Shown here: positions 27,612-41,400 of the stretch, in pieces
How the letters are laid out: every line of letters starts with the position of its first letter
Position numbering within the stretch: the first letter of the stretch is position 1
NCBI GenBank assembly: GCA_951406725.2
Contig: OX597814.1
Coordinates: forward strand, 187,302,001-187,366,000
Source of the DNA: Octopus vulgaris
Taxonomy: Eukaryota
DNA: 64,000 nucleotides
Direction: 5' to 3'
The notes under the pieces: model-generated
Told to the model about the DNA's origin: nothing
Databases searched by the model: none
What the model saw: only the letters and a program-made list of their open reading frames with translations
Position numbers and translations under genes: made by a program

Positions 27612-28240
27612 TATCTGTTTTAAAATAGTAAGAGTATGAATCAAGGTATAGTCAGCTGCTATTTCTACAAGGTTGAGTAACTTTGTAGAGGTTCCTTCTT
27701 GGCTCATGATAATCACATGCTACAACACTGGACCAATTAATTATTCTGAGTCAAAGGGCTCAAAGGAATATAATCCTTTTCTACTTGATTTCTTTATTCT
27801 TATGAACAAACTGGTTGTTATTTCGACTCACCCCACTTCAGGTTTATTTCTCATCTTATTGATTGATTTGTTTTAAAATAGAAACCAACACTCCTAATTT
27901 TACTTCAACTATTTCAAATAAATTGCTAATCTGCTATTTCACATAATTGCTGAGGTCATAAAAAAAAAAAAAAAAGATGCAGTTAGAAGAGAAGAGAAAG
28001 AAGGGGAGAAAAAAAAGGGAGAAAGCTAAGAGGAAACCTGTTCATTAGCAACTACTTTTAAATTGGCAAAGCTATAAGAATACAGTTAAAAGTATATCTA
28101 ATAATAAATATATATTGAAGATTATGCATACCACTTTATAAATGGAAAGCAAGCCCATTCTTGTTGTTATTGAACACAGGTAATAAAATGAAAAGACATT
28201 TGACAATATAGAAGAAAACCCCAATTAGAAATTTGACATA

Positions 28241-28632
28241 GGCGCAGGAGTGGCTGTGTGGTAAGTAGCTTGCTAAACAACCACATGGTTCTGGGTTCAG
28301 TCCCACTGCGTGGCATCTTGGGCAAGTGTCTTCTGCTATAGCCCCGGGCCGACCAATGCCTTGTGAGTGGATTTGGTAGACGGAAACTGAAAGAAGCCTG
28401 TCGTATATATGTATATATATATATATATGTATGCGTGTCTGTGTTTGTCCCGCTAGCATTGCTTGACAACCGATGCTGGTGTGTTTACGTCCCCGTCACT
28501 TAGCGGTTCGGCAAAAGAGACCGATAGAATAAGTACTGGGCTTACAAAGAATAAGTCCCGGGGTCGATTTGCTTGACTAAAGGCGGTGCTCCAGCATGGC
28601 CGCAGTCAAATGACTGAAACAAGTAAAAGAGT
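28241..28632 (+). mobile_element. Second young copy of the same SINE
   Basis: Near-identical to 27141-27528 along its full length, with CpGs intact. Confidence 0.9.
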
Positions 28633-30887
28633 ATAGTAGCGTTATTCAGTAATAAAATGAATTGTTTTCTCTCCTGAGGTAAAATTTCAAACTACTGTCA
28701 CTTTCTTATCTTAGATGTTCAATGAACATTGGACATTTAACAACTGAAATAACTAAGTTCAGTACTTGTTTAACTAAAATTAATTCAATCAGTAATTATT
28801 GGAAAGTTGAAGTGTAGATGAAAAGCTACATTTAACACAATCCAAAAAAAAAAAAAAAAGAGCAATAGTAAAAAGTGTGCTAGGCAGATCCTCAAGTTGT
28901 TTGTTTGTTTTGTTTTTGTTTTTTTTCTCTTTTAGTTCTACTCTGCTTAACCACAAGAGAAACATACTGACTGTGCTCTGTCAAGGTTGTAAAACAAATG
29001 TATTATATATTAATATTTTTGATTGGCTGAAAAATATAAACTACTCTTACCCTCAAGATATATATATACTTTCCCAGAGAAAACGTGTGTGTGCATGTGT
29101 AAGAGAGAGAGAGAAAGAAAGAAAAGACAGCCGGCTAGAAAATAAAATTATTTACAGATAGGAAGCTAATTTAATTCCAGTGGGTAGTAATGTGACTCAG
29201 TTAATACCATATCAATAAAGTAATTGTAGGCTAACTATGCTTATTTCTGTGTTTTTTCTTCATTTTCCATCTGCTTTTTAATTTATTATTTTATTAAACA
29301 CTTCCCAGTTAATGTTAGAGCAGTTTATGTTGTAGCACAGCCTAGCTTAAATAGCATGTAAAATTATCAGTCAATCAGTAATGTAACCTTCAAGGGAGAT
29401 AGATTGAGATTGTTCTCACATCTTTTTTCTTTCTTTCTTTCTTTTTGTTCTCTAGCCATCTCCTAGCTTGAAGTAAATAAGCAACTCGTTAATTAGTAGA
29501 CTGAGAAAACATCTTGTTTTACACAATGACTACATATACAATCTACACAGATCTGTGTGTGTGTGTGTGTGATACACATGCTTATATATATATATATACA
29601 TATATAAAATGGTAGGCTCCATTTGTGTTGATGTTTCTTTATTCTTTTCCCTAATGGAAAGACGAGTTCTTGTATAAACTCCTGTTGTTCAACGGTGGTG
29701 TTTACAAGAATTGTTGATATCTATGCAACCTAAAACAAGGCGATCACAATATAGATGTATGGCTTCAATATCACCAAAGCTATCTCTACATCCTTATTCT
29801 AACCCTCTTCAAAATTCTGACCAATTAAACAAGGGTGAATGATGAGTAAAGTTAAACAAAACAGGAATAGATAAATGAGTCAACCTTTTTTATTTTGTTT
29901 TACTTTAATGAATAATACACTCAACTTAGATCTTTCACCCTCGATAAAAATGAATCTGTTTTAACAAGATGTTAAAACTTAAAACTACAACAATTTCCCA
30001 ATAATTATTACCACTGGACATTACAGTAATCAGCCTCTTCATCTAATACCTTTTCTTCTAGGTAACCATTGTTGCCATAAATCGGAAAACATCCTGGCAT
30101 AATAATAATAATATGAACTATAATAACACTCTGTTCAATATTTTAACTAAATAGACAAATGTTATAAAACCATTTAAGCTAAACAAGGTCACACTGCATG
30201 TAATAAATATTAATGCCACAGTGATAATATTACCAACACCAATAACAAAGAGCAAATGGAAGAGGAGAGTGAGTAGAATGAGTGAGTTCAGATTTTGGTA
30301 TGATGCCTTCTCTCAAGACTTACCAAGCAAAATATTCCCCTGAGTAAAATTTGTGTCTCTAACTTATCAGTACTATATCTTTAAGGCTAATTAATATCCT
30401 ATAGCTCTACCAAGATAAAGAAACAACATAATGTCAACATACACTTCAGCTGCATGTAAACGACTATAAAATGTTAGGATATGTTAGGGCAGCCGGGATA
30501 GTACATTGTAGGTATTTGGTGAGGTGGTAAATTTTAAGGAAAACTTGCTAAGCAATTATTGCTACGTCATATTAAAAGAGATAAAAACTAACAATTATTT
30601 CTCAGGTTGGTGTTGTTAGAAAGGGAAGAGAACCACTGGGACATTTTAATGCTGGACAGTTGCATTAACAACAACAAAAGCAGTAAATCACAGAAGCTAA
30701 CCAATATCTTCAACTGATACTTAATCAGTGCAGGGCAAAATTAGTATGTACACGCTAGTAATTTTTTTTTTCTTTTCATATATGGTATAGATCCTATATA
30801 AACAATGTTAAAATGTGAAAACACAAAGAGGAGAGGAATCTGCAGATATGTATCACAGCAATAAGTAATGCGGAACAAAATATGTGT

Positions 30888-30988
30888 ATCATCATCATCA
30901 ACGTTTAACGTCCGTTTTCCACGTTAGCATGGGTTGGACGGTTCGACCAGGATCTGGGAAGCCAGAAGACTGCACCAGGCTCCAGTCA
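30888..30988 (-). mobile_element. RTE 3'-end fragment
   Basis: (CAT)n + CGTTTAACGTCCGTTTTCCA..AGCATGGGTTGGACGG. Confidence 0.8.
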
Positions 30989-31499
30989 GAGCTGGACCAG
31001 AGTATTCATTAACACAACACTCTAATATACTTAAAAGTGGGGCTGTAGTCATTAACTCAGGAAAAACAAAGATGAATATGTTAGAACAGCCAATATTTTT
31101 TCTATCTTTTTCTTTCTGAATTTTAATCCCAACTTTGTCTTTTATCCTTCTGGGGCTGCAAGTATTGGGGTTGATGGTATCAGCTAACCCTACCTCCACA
31201 AAATTGTGCCAAAATGAAAAACAATTTACCCATTTTAATTTCATTCTTACTAATTTTAGTCATTGGATTATAATAGCTATGCTGACCCATAGCTTCAAGG
31301 GTTTTCATTTACCATAACAACCCCAGGACATATTTTGTTGACCTCTATTTAGCCCATGGTTAAGTTAGATTTTAACAATAAAGGAACACAGTATGAATAT
31401 GGACATATGTAAATACACACACACACACTCTCTCTCTCTCTCTCCCTCTCTCTAATGTGATATATATTTATATCAACTTGATAAAATATTATTATACCA

Positions 31500-31805
31500 T
31501 AAATGCAGGAGTGTTTGTGTGGTAAGAAGCTTGCCAGGTTCAGTCCTGCTGCATGGTACTTTGAGCAAGTGTCTTCTACTATAGATGGAAATTGAAAAAA
31601 AGCCTGTTGTGTGTGTATGTGTTTGTCCCCCACCACTGCTTGACAACCACTGTTGATGTGTTTACATCACTGTAACCTAGCAGTTCAGCAAAAGAGATCA
31701 ATAGACTAAGTACCAGGCTGTACTGGGGTCGATTCATTCAACTAAAATCCTCCAAGGCTGTAACCCAGCATGGCTACAGTCTAACAACCAAGGCAAGTAA
31801 AAGAC
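31500..31805 (+). mobile_element. Older copy of the tRNA-derived SINE
   Basis: Diverged head, body and tail of the 28241 family. Further decayed copies near 2095-2330, 8320-8490, 8630-8760, 21470-21620, 32735-32890, 35925-36110 and 51676-51835. Confidence 0.75.
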
Positions 31806-32912
31806 AAAACCAAAAGATAATATAATTGTATTTATTCTCCATACCATAAATAATATACCATACTATCTTTCTGCAAGAGCTATGAACACTTCCTATAAGA
31901 TAAACTATTAAAAACTATTAGTGATATATGGTTTCAGGAAAAAAAAAAAAACACATAGCAAGATTTATATTTTATATTGTAATTTTAAAATGCTATCCAT
32001 TTATATAATTTTTGCTTTGTTTTCTGGAAAGTATTCTTGAAAATTTAAATTAGCTTAACATTAACTGAGAAGTGTAGGTTCGAATTTAATCAAATCCTTA
32101 ATATATTGTGAAACGATTTTTATCAGATTGAAGTGACATAACTGCAGGTACAAATGAAGTGTAAACCATAAACCTAATTAAAATTAACCTGAGAAAATTT
32201 GGAAAAGTGATAAGAGGCTGTCTCAAAATATATTTAGCTCATATTCACTAAATCCAGTAGCAATGCAAAGATATAGTAGGTTTCATCATGTGCATGAGTG
32301 CACACATTACACACACTGACATGGGGGGGGGGGGTGAAAACTTCAGCACCTCAAATTATTATCTAGGCACTGTTAATGAATTAAGACATTGTAGTTATAC
32401 GAAGACATCAATAAAGAAAAGTATAGCTTCATTTTCTAATTCATATTAATTGAAAATGATAATTGAGATTTGGAATATAAGGAATGACTGAAAATATTTT
32501 GAAAACACTATTAATAAATAACTATTTAGCAACTGGGACGTGCGCATGCACACACACATACTGTGGTCATGACACAGAACCACTGTCAGTGGTTTTCAGT
32601 CAGTTATAATTGACACATACTAACTTCAATTTTACTGATCCCTATCGAATGACTAAGTAAGTTTTTCCACATATAAGGACGCATCCTTTGTCACTGGTAT
32701 ATATATATATGTAAGCATATATATACACATAATAGGCCATCTCACAGTTTCTATCCACCAAATTCTATTTACAAGAAACTACACCATGTTTCTATAACAT
32801 GAAACTATGGCAGAAGATACGTGTGTAAGGAACTGAAAGTGGGTATCACATGACTGAGAAATAAATTTCTAAACAATACAACTATGCCTTTGCCTCTACA
32901 TTATATATATAT

Positions 32913-33289
32913 CATTCATCATCTCATTGTTTAATGTCCACTTTCCATGCTAGCATGGGTTGGACGATTTGATTGAGGACTGGCGAACCAGATGGCTGCA
33001 CCAGGCTCCAATCTCGATCTGGCAGAGTTTCTACAGCTGGATGCCCTTCCTAACGCCAACCACTCCGAGAGCTTTTATGTGCCGCCGGTATGAGGGCCAG
33101 TCAGGCAGTACTGGCAACGGACACATTCAAATGGTGTTTTCTACGTGGCACCTGCACAAGAGCCAGTCCAGCGGCACTAGCAACAACCTCGCCTGAATGT
33201 TTTTTTCACGTGCCACCAGCACAAGTGCCAGTAAGGTGACGCAGGTAACGATCATGCTTGAATGGTGTTTTTACGTGCCACCGGCACCA
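32913..33289 (-). mobile_element. RTE 3' UTR fragment with internal tandem subrepeats
   Basis: TTTCCATGCTAGCATGGGTTGGACG...CTGGATGCCCTTCCTAACGCCAACCACTCC, plus repeated CGTGCCACC units. Confidence 0.82.
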
Positions 33290-33933
33290 TACATATACAT
33301 ACATATATATATGAATAAATAAAATGATAAAACTTCATGTCACTCTAATTCATAACATGCAATTAATAATAAAGATGCATGAAAACTTTATCTCAAGTAT
33401 GAAAATATGTGATTCATACTAGTTCAATCTTAGCTCTTGACTTTCAGATTTTTTAAAAACTTTTTATGATGAATCTTCATACAAAAGAAAACTGATTTAG
33501 TTGTCACCATCAATTGTATTCTGTCAGACTCTAACCATCCGCCAGTAATGCCAAACACTGTTTTATCATCATTTGTTCCCCTAATAGTGCATAGCCTTGC
33601 ATGAGGTACAATTCAAGTAAGCCTGTGCATCCAAACTGTTTAAATTCCATTAAGCATTCTATGAATCTGCTTCAGTTATCTCTAGATAATGGAGTAACTA
33701 CTTTTCCTACATGCTGAACAAGGTCATCTTAAATTATGTTGATTTGTCAAAATATTGATCACAGATCAAAAACTCCAACCTCCTTAATTGTTTTACTACT
33801 TTAGAAGTACAGTGAATCTTCAATTTAAGACTTACAGAGGGGTGGAAGATATATCTGTTGCAAGTTCATTAAACTGAAGTTAATGTAGGAGCCAATAAAA
33901 TTTTTTTTGTTTTTGAATAGAAAATGATTAAAA

Positions 33934-34130
33934 GGAGGTGAGCTAGCAGAATTGTTAACGTGCCAAGCAAAATGTTTAGCAGCATTTCATCTACCTTTAC
34001 ATTCTGAGTTCAAATTTGCCTTTCATCCTTGCAGTGTTAATGAAATAAGTACTAGTTGAACAGTGGGGTCAATATAATCGACTTACCCTCTCCCCCAAAA
34101 ATTGCTGGCCTTGTGCCAAAATTTGAACCC
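33934..34130 (+). mobile_element. SINE with GCCTTTCATCCT...AAATAAGTACCAG core (Nin/Deu-domain-like family)
   Basis: GGTGAGCTAGCAGAA..TTCTGAGTTCAAAT..GCCTTTCATCCTT..GCTGGCCTTGTGCCAAAATTTGAA. Other copies near 45950-46080, 46910-47340, 52215-52420, 62463-62880 and 63184-63320 (minus). Confidence 0.75.
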
Positions 34131-34168
34131 AATATAAAAAAGTTTAAATATTTATTACTATGCAATAT

Positions 34169-34458
34169 CACGTGATCACGTGACCGACCAGGCTATCAGA
34201 TGTTGCTACACGTCGCATTGTTTTAGCCTTCAAATGATGCCACCCTGGTGGCTAAGCGAGCAGGCCAACAGAAGAAAGAGTAAGAGAAAGTTGTGGTGAA
34301 AGAGTACAGCAAGGATCGCTGCCACCTCCTGCCAGAGCTTTGTGGAGCTTTAGGTGTTTTCGCTCAATAAACACTCACAACGCCCGGTCTGGGAATCAAA
34401 ACCGTGATCCTACGACTGTAAGTCCGCTGCCCTAACCCCACTGGGCCATTGCGCCTCC
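34169..34458 (-). mobile_element. Distinct tRNA-derived SINE with 12-bp TSD and (CACGTGAT)n tail
   Basis: Minus-strand head GGAGGCGCAATGGCCCAGTGG..TTAGGGCAGCGGAC..GGTTTTGATTCCC; TSD ACTATGCAATAT (34157-34168) / ACTACGCAATAT (34459-34470). Confidence 0.82.
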
Positions 34459-35147
34459 ACTACGCAATATAAACTTGCTATATTAAAATGAAAAGTATAT
34501 ACGCAATCTAACTGTAATATAGTTTGAGGCAGACTGAGACAAAAGTGAGTTTCACCCAGTAACAATGCAATATGAAGTGTTCATGATCCTATGTGTACAT
34601 ACATACATACTCTGATATACACAAATCTCCACCTTTCTTATTTTAACTCCTCAATAAGGGAGCCGTTATGCAGTTGCTCGCCATCCTACAAATAGCAGCT
34701 AAATCTTCAAATCAAAACCTACCAAATAAGAAAAATAAAGATAATTTACTCCTAGATATCCCTGTAATATTATAGCTAGCTATGGCTGGAATGTCTTTCC
34801 CTGCAAGTTTATTCAATCACATAATTTAAAAAAAAATTATATATAATTTATCGAGCATTTTATTCTTATTGTTATGAGTTTTTCTTTCAATTTTGTTTCC
34901 ATTTCTTGCTGAGTGTCTTCTCAACATTCAGCAAGGAAGCAACTCACTGCATGCATTGATAGGCCATTAAAATAAACAAGCAGAATAAAGCTATGTAGAA
35001 AAAAATTATTTACACATTTGGTAATTATTCTCACAGTGACAATGATCTTCTCAATACATGTGGCACACCAATTAAAATAATCGTTTGCAGTTCTTACAGG
35101 GATGGTAAGCCAGGGATCAATCTCAAGCAATTTTCAGTTCCTTTTTT

Positions 35148-35341
35148 GATCATTATTATTGGTGAGGTTGGTATTATTATTATTATCATTGTTGTTGTTA
35201 TTATTACTATTATTATTATTATCATTGTTGTTATTATTACTATTATTATTATTATCATTGTTGGTATTATTATTATTATCATTGTTGTTATTATTATTAT
35301 CATTGTTGTTGTTATTATTATTATTATATTATTATTATTAT
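35148..35341. repeat. Compound (ATT/GTT/ATC)n trinucleotide repeat with higher-order periodicity
   Basis: Recurrent ATTATTATTATCATTGTTGTT blocks; source of the spurious poly-I and poly-L ORFs. Confidence 0.95.
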
Positions 35342-38300
35342 CCAGTTTGTCAAATCCAAAATCTCCAAATTTGGAGTCCTTTAAGATAAAAGTTTACTGA
35401 ATACATAGAGACCAGAAAGTAACATACAAAATTTCAAAAAAATCAACTATTGTCACTGGATAAATATTTTAAATTCACATACATTGGATGACTTGCCTTT
35501 AGAATTTATTCACCTACAACAATTGTATTGCTCACAGCATTACATTCTAGAAAAAATAATTGTATCAAGGACTTGCAGATTCTATAAATAATTGCTTAAG
35601 ATTGACAAAAGCAAAACAAAAAAAAAAAATAGTTTCTTGTTTTTATCAGGTGTCTCAGCTGTTTCTGATTTAGGAGGAGAGCTTTTATGCTTGCTCATCA
35701 ATAAAGAAGCTAACTGTACATAATTTATCTTAATTGCATCTTGTATTAACCTAGCATATCCTTTTCTATTCCTCGTCTGCTCCATTAAGTTTATCACATG
35801 AGTTTTCATTTTTGTTTATAACACCAAATCAGGATAGTTTGTGGATTAAATTTAAATGAACTCAGACTGTATCTTATTCATATTGACAACTGTAATATCT
35901 CAATAATTACTTCAAGACCACTACACTGTAGTATTGTTTACCAAGAAGCTTTAGTTTATTTAGTAACTATGGAGCCCTGGATTCGATGTTACTGCACAGC
36001 ACTTGTTTGCAACTAATCTTCAACAATAACTTCAGGTTAATCAATATTTTTGAAAAGGGAATTTGATACACAGAAATGATGCAGAAGTTTGTTGTTGTAT
36101 TTTGTTGCTGATATACAACATTGAGAGATGTAAATTTTAGCAAGGAAACTAAAAAACAGGTGCTCTTTGCACCAAATCTCTTACAGTATTTGTTCCGGAT
36201 CGTGCAAGAGACATTTTTTTTTTTGCCATCAGAAATGCAGTGAAGCAGGAATGAACCATAAGAAAGCCATAAGTCTATATTCTAACTAATCAGTTTGCAA
36301 ATGTAGAAGTAAGGATTCCAGCTGAACATACAGCTCTCCTTATTTCAACATTCATGCATTTTAAAATGTTTGTTCCATTGTAACAATCATGGACTATTTT
36401 CTACTTAGCATTTGTTTTCATTTTGAGAAGTTTTATATGTATGAATGTGTGTGTCATCACAATATACACACAATCTGTGTGTGTGTAATCAGTGATTAGA
36501 TAACAGAGTGATAGTGCTGCTAATTAGCTTCTTTGTTTAAAAAAAAAAAATTCAGAGGACATTTAATTCTAATTTCCATGCCACAATCACTGGCTCAAGT
36601 TACAGGATATATCATATATATTTTTATCATGTTGTGAATGTTGTTGTGTCCAACCTAAATAAATTTTCTCTGATCATTTTTGTAAATACACCATTTTTAT
36701 TTTATACTAAAAACAGCTATGATAAAAAAATAAACATGTATACATGATATAATTAAGCTTTTAATGTCAGATGGTTTTACTGGTTTAAAAATATACCATG
36801 ATCTTTATTTAGATAATAGAGAAAGGTGTAAAAAACAAATTTCAAGTAGTTTGTACATGCTGTAACAATGTAACAACCTCTAAACATAGTATTTGAGTAA
36901 AATCCCATTAGCTTTTACCAATTATTAAATCAACTAAATATGAAAGATGGTGAGTCAATGATGAACGTATGTAATACATTTTAGCTCTATCAGCCTTGAT
37001 CAGAGTCAGACATGTAGTATCCGTACTTGACTTTCACATCAAGAACATAAAAATGCATAAACAAGATTGAACACAGATGACTTTCTAATTACATATCTAT
37101 AGTACTGGAGCTATGACCTCTCAATGCAGGGTTAAAAAAAAAACTGAAAATGCTCAAAACATGGGGTTTGTCAGTTCCCTCTGTATCAGGTATTTGGCTG
37201 AGCATCAAATCTGAAATTCCCAGTAGAATGGAATTATAGCTTGAACAGATTAAACTTACCAGGTTAAGCCACACAACAAACCCTTAGAGTTTATAAGATT
37301 TACAAATTTCAAATAATACCTAAGTCATTCATAAACATTCCTTATCTATATCAGATGACTTCACATACATTTGATCAATTAATTACACCTTGATTACGCT
37401 GACATTTTCTGAGACAATAAATATTTCCTAGGTGGTGTAGATTGCAAGGTTAACTAATTTGGTAGAGAAACATAATTCAAACATGCCAGAGACAAGTCAC
37501 TTATGAGTTTCTCAACTTGCTAATATTACAACTACATATTTACAATTTAAAGTTCCAAGACTACAAAATTTAAACTATTAAAGCTTTAAACAACACACTC
37601 AACACAATTTTCTGATTAACACCCCAATTCCATAGTTTATTCAAAAGAGAAGTCAATGTTTATGACACTTCACAGAGCTCCTGAGAGTGGTAGGAGGAAA
37701 GGGGGAAGATATCCTCAAACTAGAGACCAAGCCTAAATGTTTACAACAGAATGGACTCAACTAAAGACACACCCAAGTGCCAAGAAATAGTGTTAAACCA
37801 GTTGACAGATAAGTTGATCACACATATAGGCTATGGCATGATTTGGAACAAATGCCATAAAGCATCCAGTCCAATGTCCCTACAGTGTCACCAGTCCACC
37901 ATCTAAGATCAGTACATTTTTTCTAAAATAAAGCAAAAGTTAAGCTTGTTGAAACTTGAACTCAAGAGCTCAGGGAATCAGAACTACCATGAGGCATTTT
38001 ATTTGATATTCTGACATATGTCAATTCAAAGCTGAAGTGTAGAGGACTATGATAGACAAAACGGTTATTGTTGGTTATTCTGTTTTGAGTTTGAGACATG
38101 TTAATTTAACAATAGGCTCATATAGTAACTATAACAGTCATAAATGTCAAAAACTAAAGTATATCTCAAATACTGAGTTTGTGACATTCTATCAAAAACT
38201 TAAGAAAGAAACTGGTATAACTTTAGATAGATTTCAGCTGTTAGTAGCCTAGACCACAGCCTAACTCAACAGCATGCAGAACAACTTGGTACATCTGAAT

Positions 38301-40329
38301 TTTCTATAGGCTCCTTGTGTTTTGCAGAAGATTACTGAAGTGTAGTTAAATTGAATTATGACTCGAAATATTCAATAAAGAATTTATTAATTCTTAAGCA
38401 TCATCATCAGTTTTGGAAGGAGCTGTGATTCGTGTAGTCTGAACAAAATACCAGGTATGGAAAAATCTTATATCTATTCTTCAAGGCTCAACAATATAAT
38501 ATATACCTTTATAATATTTCCATTAATTGAACCAGGTTTTTCTTTTCATTTTAGTAAATGAATAGACTTTGTAATCTGTAGGTCTCTACAGTACTACTTT
38601 CTTTTGCTATATCTAGTAAGTTATGTCTTAAGTTTCATGAATGGTAAATTGTACTGAAAATGCCAACTTGTTTCATAATTTCTTTATCAAAAATAAATTT
38701 TACAATTACAAGAGAAATTCAGAGTTTTTCAATTCAAAAGCATTCAAGTTAGATGTAAGATTCAAGATGCTAGTGTTTTTTGTTTGTTTGTTCTTTTTCC
38801 TGCAGTCTCATTCCTTTAATCCCACTCATCTATTTGCTCACGAAAAAATAAGGGAAAGGAAACAACTTATCAACGAAAAAGTTACAGTGAAGTATTTTTT
38901 TCTTCAAACCATGTACAGGATATGTATGGAAATGTCAAGTTAGCCATCTGTAAATGGAAGCAGCTAAAGTCTCAGTTTTCAGTGGTTTCTGCCAGGAGAT
39001 GCAAGGGAGAACTACTAATACTCATTCTCTTAGCTTTAAATTGTAAGATGAAGCCAGGTGACAAATCTGAAAATTTGTTTAGGAATGACCCAATTGACCA
39101 ATGAAGTCACAGTTTTGCAATTATTATTTCCCACTTAAAAATGTCAAGCATTCTATCTGAGCTTAAAAGTTTCAACACCTAATTTTAACAGACCCAAACT
39201 TTTTTTGCTGTACGTGTCATTCTTGCAGTTGTAGATAACCTTTTAAATATCTCCCTTATTTCAGTGTTAAAACTATTATTGAATGCATACAACAAAAAAA
39301 TCTTCAAATATTATTTTAAACAAAGTAGGCATAGTTTGAAGATTTTCTTTGCTGTTGTGAACTAAAGGTAAGCAGATATTAGTAATCCACACACTTAAAG
39401 CAAAATGTGAAAAGCTTGAATGACTTACATGCTTGAACATTATAGTGTAATAATAACTACAGTTCCAGTTTGCCTCTGTCAACCTTAACAGATGACAAAT
39501 AAAACTCTCACTTCAAAGTTGTTAATATGAGGAACACCACTTAGTCGTATGATAATATATGAAGTCCAATTTTAAGTTAAATTGACAAAATCATGTACAA
39601 CATGAGTAAATTATTATATACAATTTAGTTTACTGTTTCTATAATTGGGGCAGTTACTCATAGCCATCATTATGAACAATTATCTGATTTAGACGAGCAT
39701 GAAACATGTAAGCCTAAATAATGACATCAGCTTCCATACTTATGCCTAAACTGTTACTGAGATACTAACCCTACATCAAATCAATGAATCAAAGCTACTA
39801 TGACCAAACAAATTTACAGTGTTTGACAAACACAACAAAAACTTTATAAAAACAAAAACAGACTAGATGTAAATTAGTCAAACTGTTTGTTGCTCTCCAT
39901 CACAAACAACCAAATACAGTAACTTGGTTGTACAATACTTTTATTTTCTCGACACCAAACGAAATCATAACATTTTGTGTTAGATCTGTAGACGAGTTTC
40001 AAGTCATTAGTTGAAGTTAGTTAATTTAATTGCAACTCCCTTAGTGGTTTTTAGGATTTTTACATATGATTTTCATCTCACAATAATTATTATTTAGCAA
40101 TATATTGTTACTATTCCTTTCATTAACTCTAAATAAAATATCTGTTAGTTATTATTGTAACAATAACAACAATTTCATGATTATAAATGTTGTCATTGTT
40201 TAAAATTATAAAGGAGTAGCTCTTTTTTATATGGCTATAGGACAAGACAAATTTCAGAACTGTAATAAAATATGATGGGGATGGGGGTGGAATATAGTCA
40301 TGAAAGAGACAATAATATGATAGAGGCAG

Positions 40330-40760
40330 AAAAGAGAGGATAAAGACAGGACATCCATCTTTTGTGACCAACTCTTCTATTGATATGTGCAGTGACTATG
40401 TCTTTTTGGTGTTGCAGGAGACAAGCTTAGCTTGGTCCCATTGGAGAATATTTTGCAGTTTCTGTTCATAAAGTTATGAGCAGATTTAGCACAAGGTACC
40501 TGGGCTACGTTGCATATGGCTGGTACTTCGGTGCTAAAAGTTAAGGAGACATGAAGGGAAATATCATCATAGGAATGGATATTGTCAGAGGTGGTAACAA
40601 GCAGGTTGTTGATGTATAGGAGAAAAGGAGTGAGGACAATGCTAAAGCTTGGGGTACATCAAAAGTAAGAGTTAGTAAATGTCCCATCAGCACACATTCC
40701 ACGTGTGCAATCTAACAGGAAGCCACTGAACTGAAAGACAAGGGAAGGACGAATGTCAGG

Positions 40761-40794
<34 letters not shown>

Positions 40795-41400
40795 GAGAGA
40801 GAGAGAGAGGTGAATACAGATGCTAGCTTTGGAATGCATTGTTTGAGGAAAATGAAAGGTACATTGTGTGATGGATGGTAACTTTGTTGGTGTGATGTGA
40901 CAGGAGCTACTTTTGTACTTGGTGTGTATATGAGCAAGGTGTATGTTGTATCTGGGACTTAGAAAGGGATAGTTTTTAAAAGAATTTACTTGTATAGTGT
41001 GGAGTCAGAGTGAAAGCAAGCAGCAAATGCAGATGTTTTCCCAGTGGAGTTCTATCCACAAACCACCATAGTAGTGAAGTGAAGGAAAGGAGAATTTTAC
41101 ATAGTTGGTAGCTATTCTTTTGGCAAAGGACCAAAAGGATCAGTTGCAGTTTAGAAGGTGTGAAAGTTTGTGTGTGGCTGTGTGGTGCACAGAGACATCA
41201 CATTTCAGCTGAATGGCAGGAGCTGTGGTATTAGTAAAAGTGGTCCAGTTTGTATGGGCAGGCAATTTTCTCCAAGCATTAAGACCATACTTGTTATCTG
41301 AACTACTGCAGTGCAGCTGAATCCCTTTCACTTTGAACTGTCACTTTTGGTTATCTGGGATGTTGAGGGGCATGCTTAAGATAGTTTCAATCATCCATCA
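40330..41400 (-). mobile_element. Highly decayed CR1/Jockey/L2-like LINE RT relic
   Basis: Minus-strand remnant VPQ...FLLYINNLLVTTSDNIHSYDD at 40565-40657 (GVPQG...YADD region); clade uncertain. Confidence 0.55.

Noticed and set aside
27125-28469. Paired similar ORFs (RQASFSFRLPNPLTRHWSARGYSRRH)
   Set aside because: Antisense translations of two copies of the same SINE.
30041-30067. Plus-strand ctaataccttttcttctag|gtaacc, a ratchet-like motif
   Set aside because: It is antisense to the host gene, the donor is weaker, and no plus-strand gene is evident; plausible by chance in AT-rich DNA.
34385-34458. tRNA-like sequence on the minus strand
   Set aside because: It is the head of a TSD-flanked SINE with a degenerate T-loop, not a functional tRNA gene.
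35094-35400. Poly-Ile/Leu/Val ORFs resembling membrane proteins
   Set aside because: Translations of an (ATT/GTT)n microsatellite.
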